A DNA stretch of 62,878 nt, the filler included, from Globobulimina sp. (taxonomy: Eukaryota): assembly GCA_003354225.1 (NCBI GenBank). It is 55 parts of 55 records of this genome, joined end to end, with 100 filler letters (N's around TTAATTAATTAA, not from the genome) between each part and the next. Parts side by side here need not be neighbours in the genome. Positions count along the whole stretch, not along the records: positions 61,835 to 62,878 come from PIVH01024983.1; 54 more parts are not named here. The stretch is one strand, 5' to 3'. Each line of letters begins with the position of its first letter. Within the stretch, counting starts at the first letter, position 1. The notes under the pieces were generated by a model. The model saw only the letters and a program-made list of their open reading frames with translations, was not told the origin of the DNA and did not search any database. Of the stretch, positions 62,686 to 62,878 are shown one piece after another. The position numbers were made by a program, and so were the translations under genes.

Positions 62686-62878
62686 GGCTAATATTAAATG
62701 ATAATAAGGAGAAATATAAAGTCCAGAAATGAGCCAAATTAGTTACCAAATATAATTATTGTTTATATATTCATTACCAGGAGATCGAGGGGAATTATCA
62801 GATATAAAATTTAAGCCTCAAAAGTTTTAAAATTAAATAGAAAAACGTAAATGACTAAATGCAGAGAGAAGAGCAGCC

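Noticed and set aside
59547..62878. Tyrosine recombinase plus APE endonuclease as one composite element
   Set aside because: They lie on different contigs separated by linkers

Overview
This window is not a contiguous locus. It is 55 unrelated short contigs of about 1044-1046 bp, ordered by decreasing length and joined by an artificial 100-bp spacer (44 N + TTAATTAATTAA + 44 N), so adjacency across spacers means nothing. Most contigs are AT-rich eukaryotic gene fragments with short (about 50-70 bp) GT-AG introns. Their gene families (SPRY, MATH, TPR-MYND, LRR, 7TM-like, PPR) suggest a protist, probably foraminiferan/rhizarian; this is an inference. Recognisable genes include formin, TMEM209, a CHASE sensor, a PTEN-type C2 domain, dynein intermediate chain, carboxylesterase, PA200/PSME4, GPD2, a DGAT2/MOGAT acyltransferase and a peroxisomal multifunctional enzyme. 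Also present are bacterial fragments (purD, a glycosyltransferase), a T4-like phage fragment (gp46) and several mobile elements (MITE, CRE-like RT, Penelope-like, DIRS-type tyrosine recombinase, APE-LINE with a 2A-like peptide). The most intriguing signal is a PA200 homologue whose frame continues through two in-frame TAG codons, either UAG reassignment or a pseudogene. Other leads are a bacterial-type GH16 on a eukaryotic contig, a doubled MFS transporter, a RING-FYVE fusion, a PTS2-targeted multifunctional enzyme and an unannotated protein-repeat relic. No multi-gene system can be shown from 1-kb fragments. All family calls are from motif recognition by eye, without database searches.
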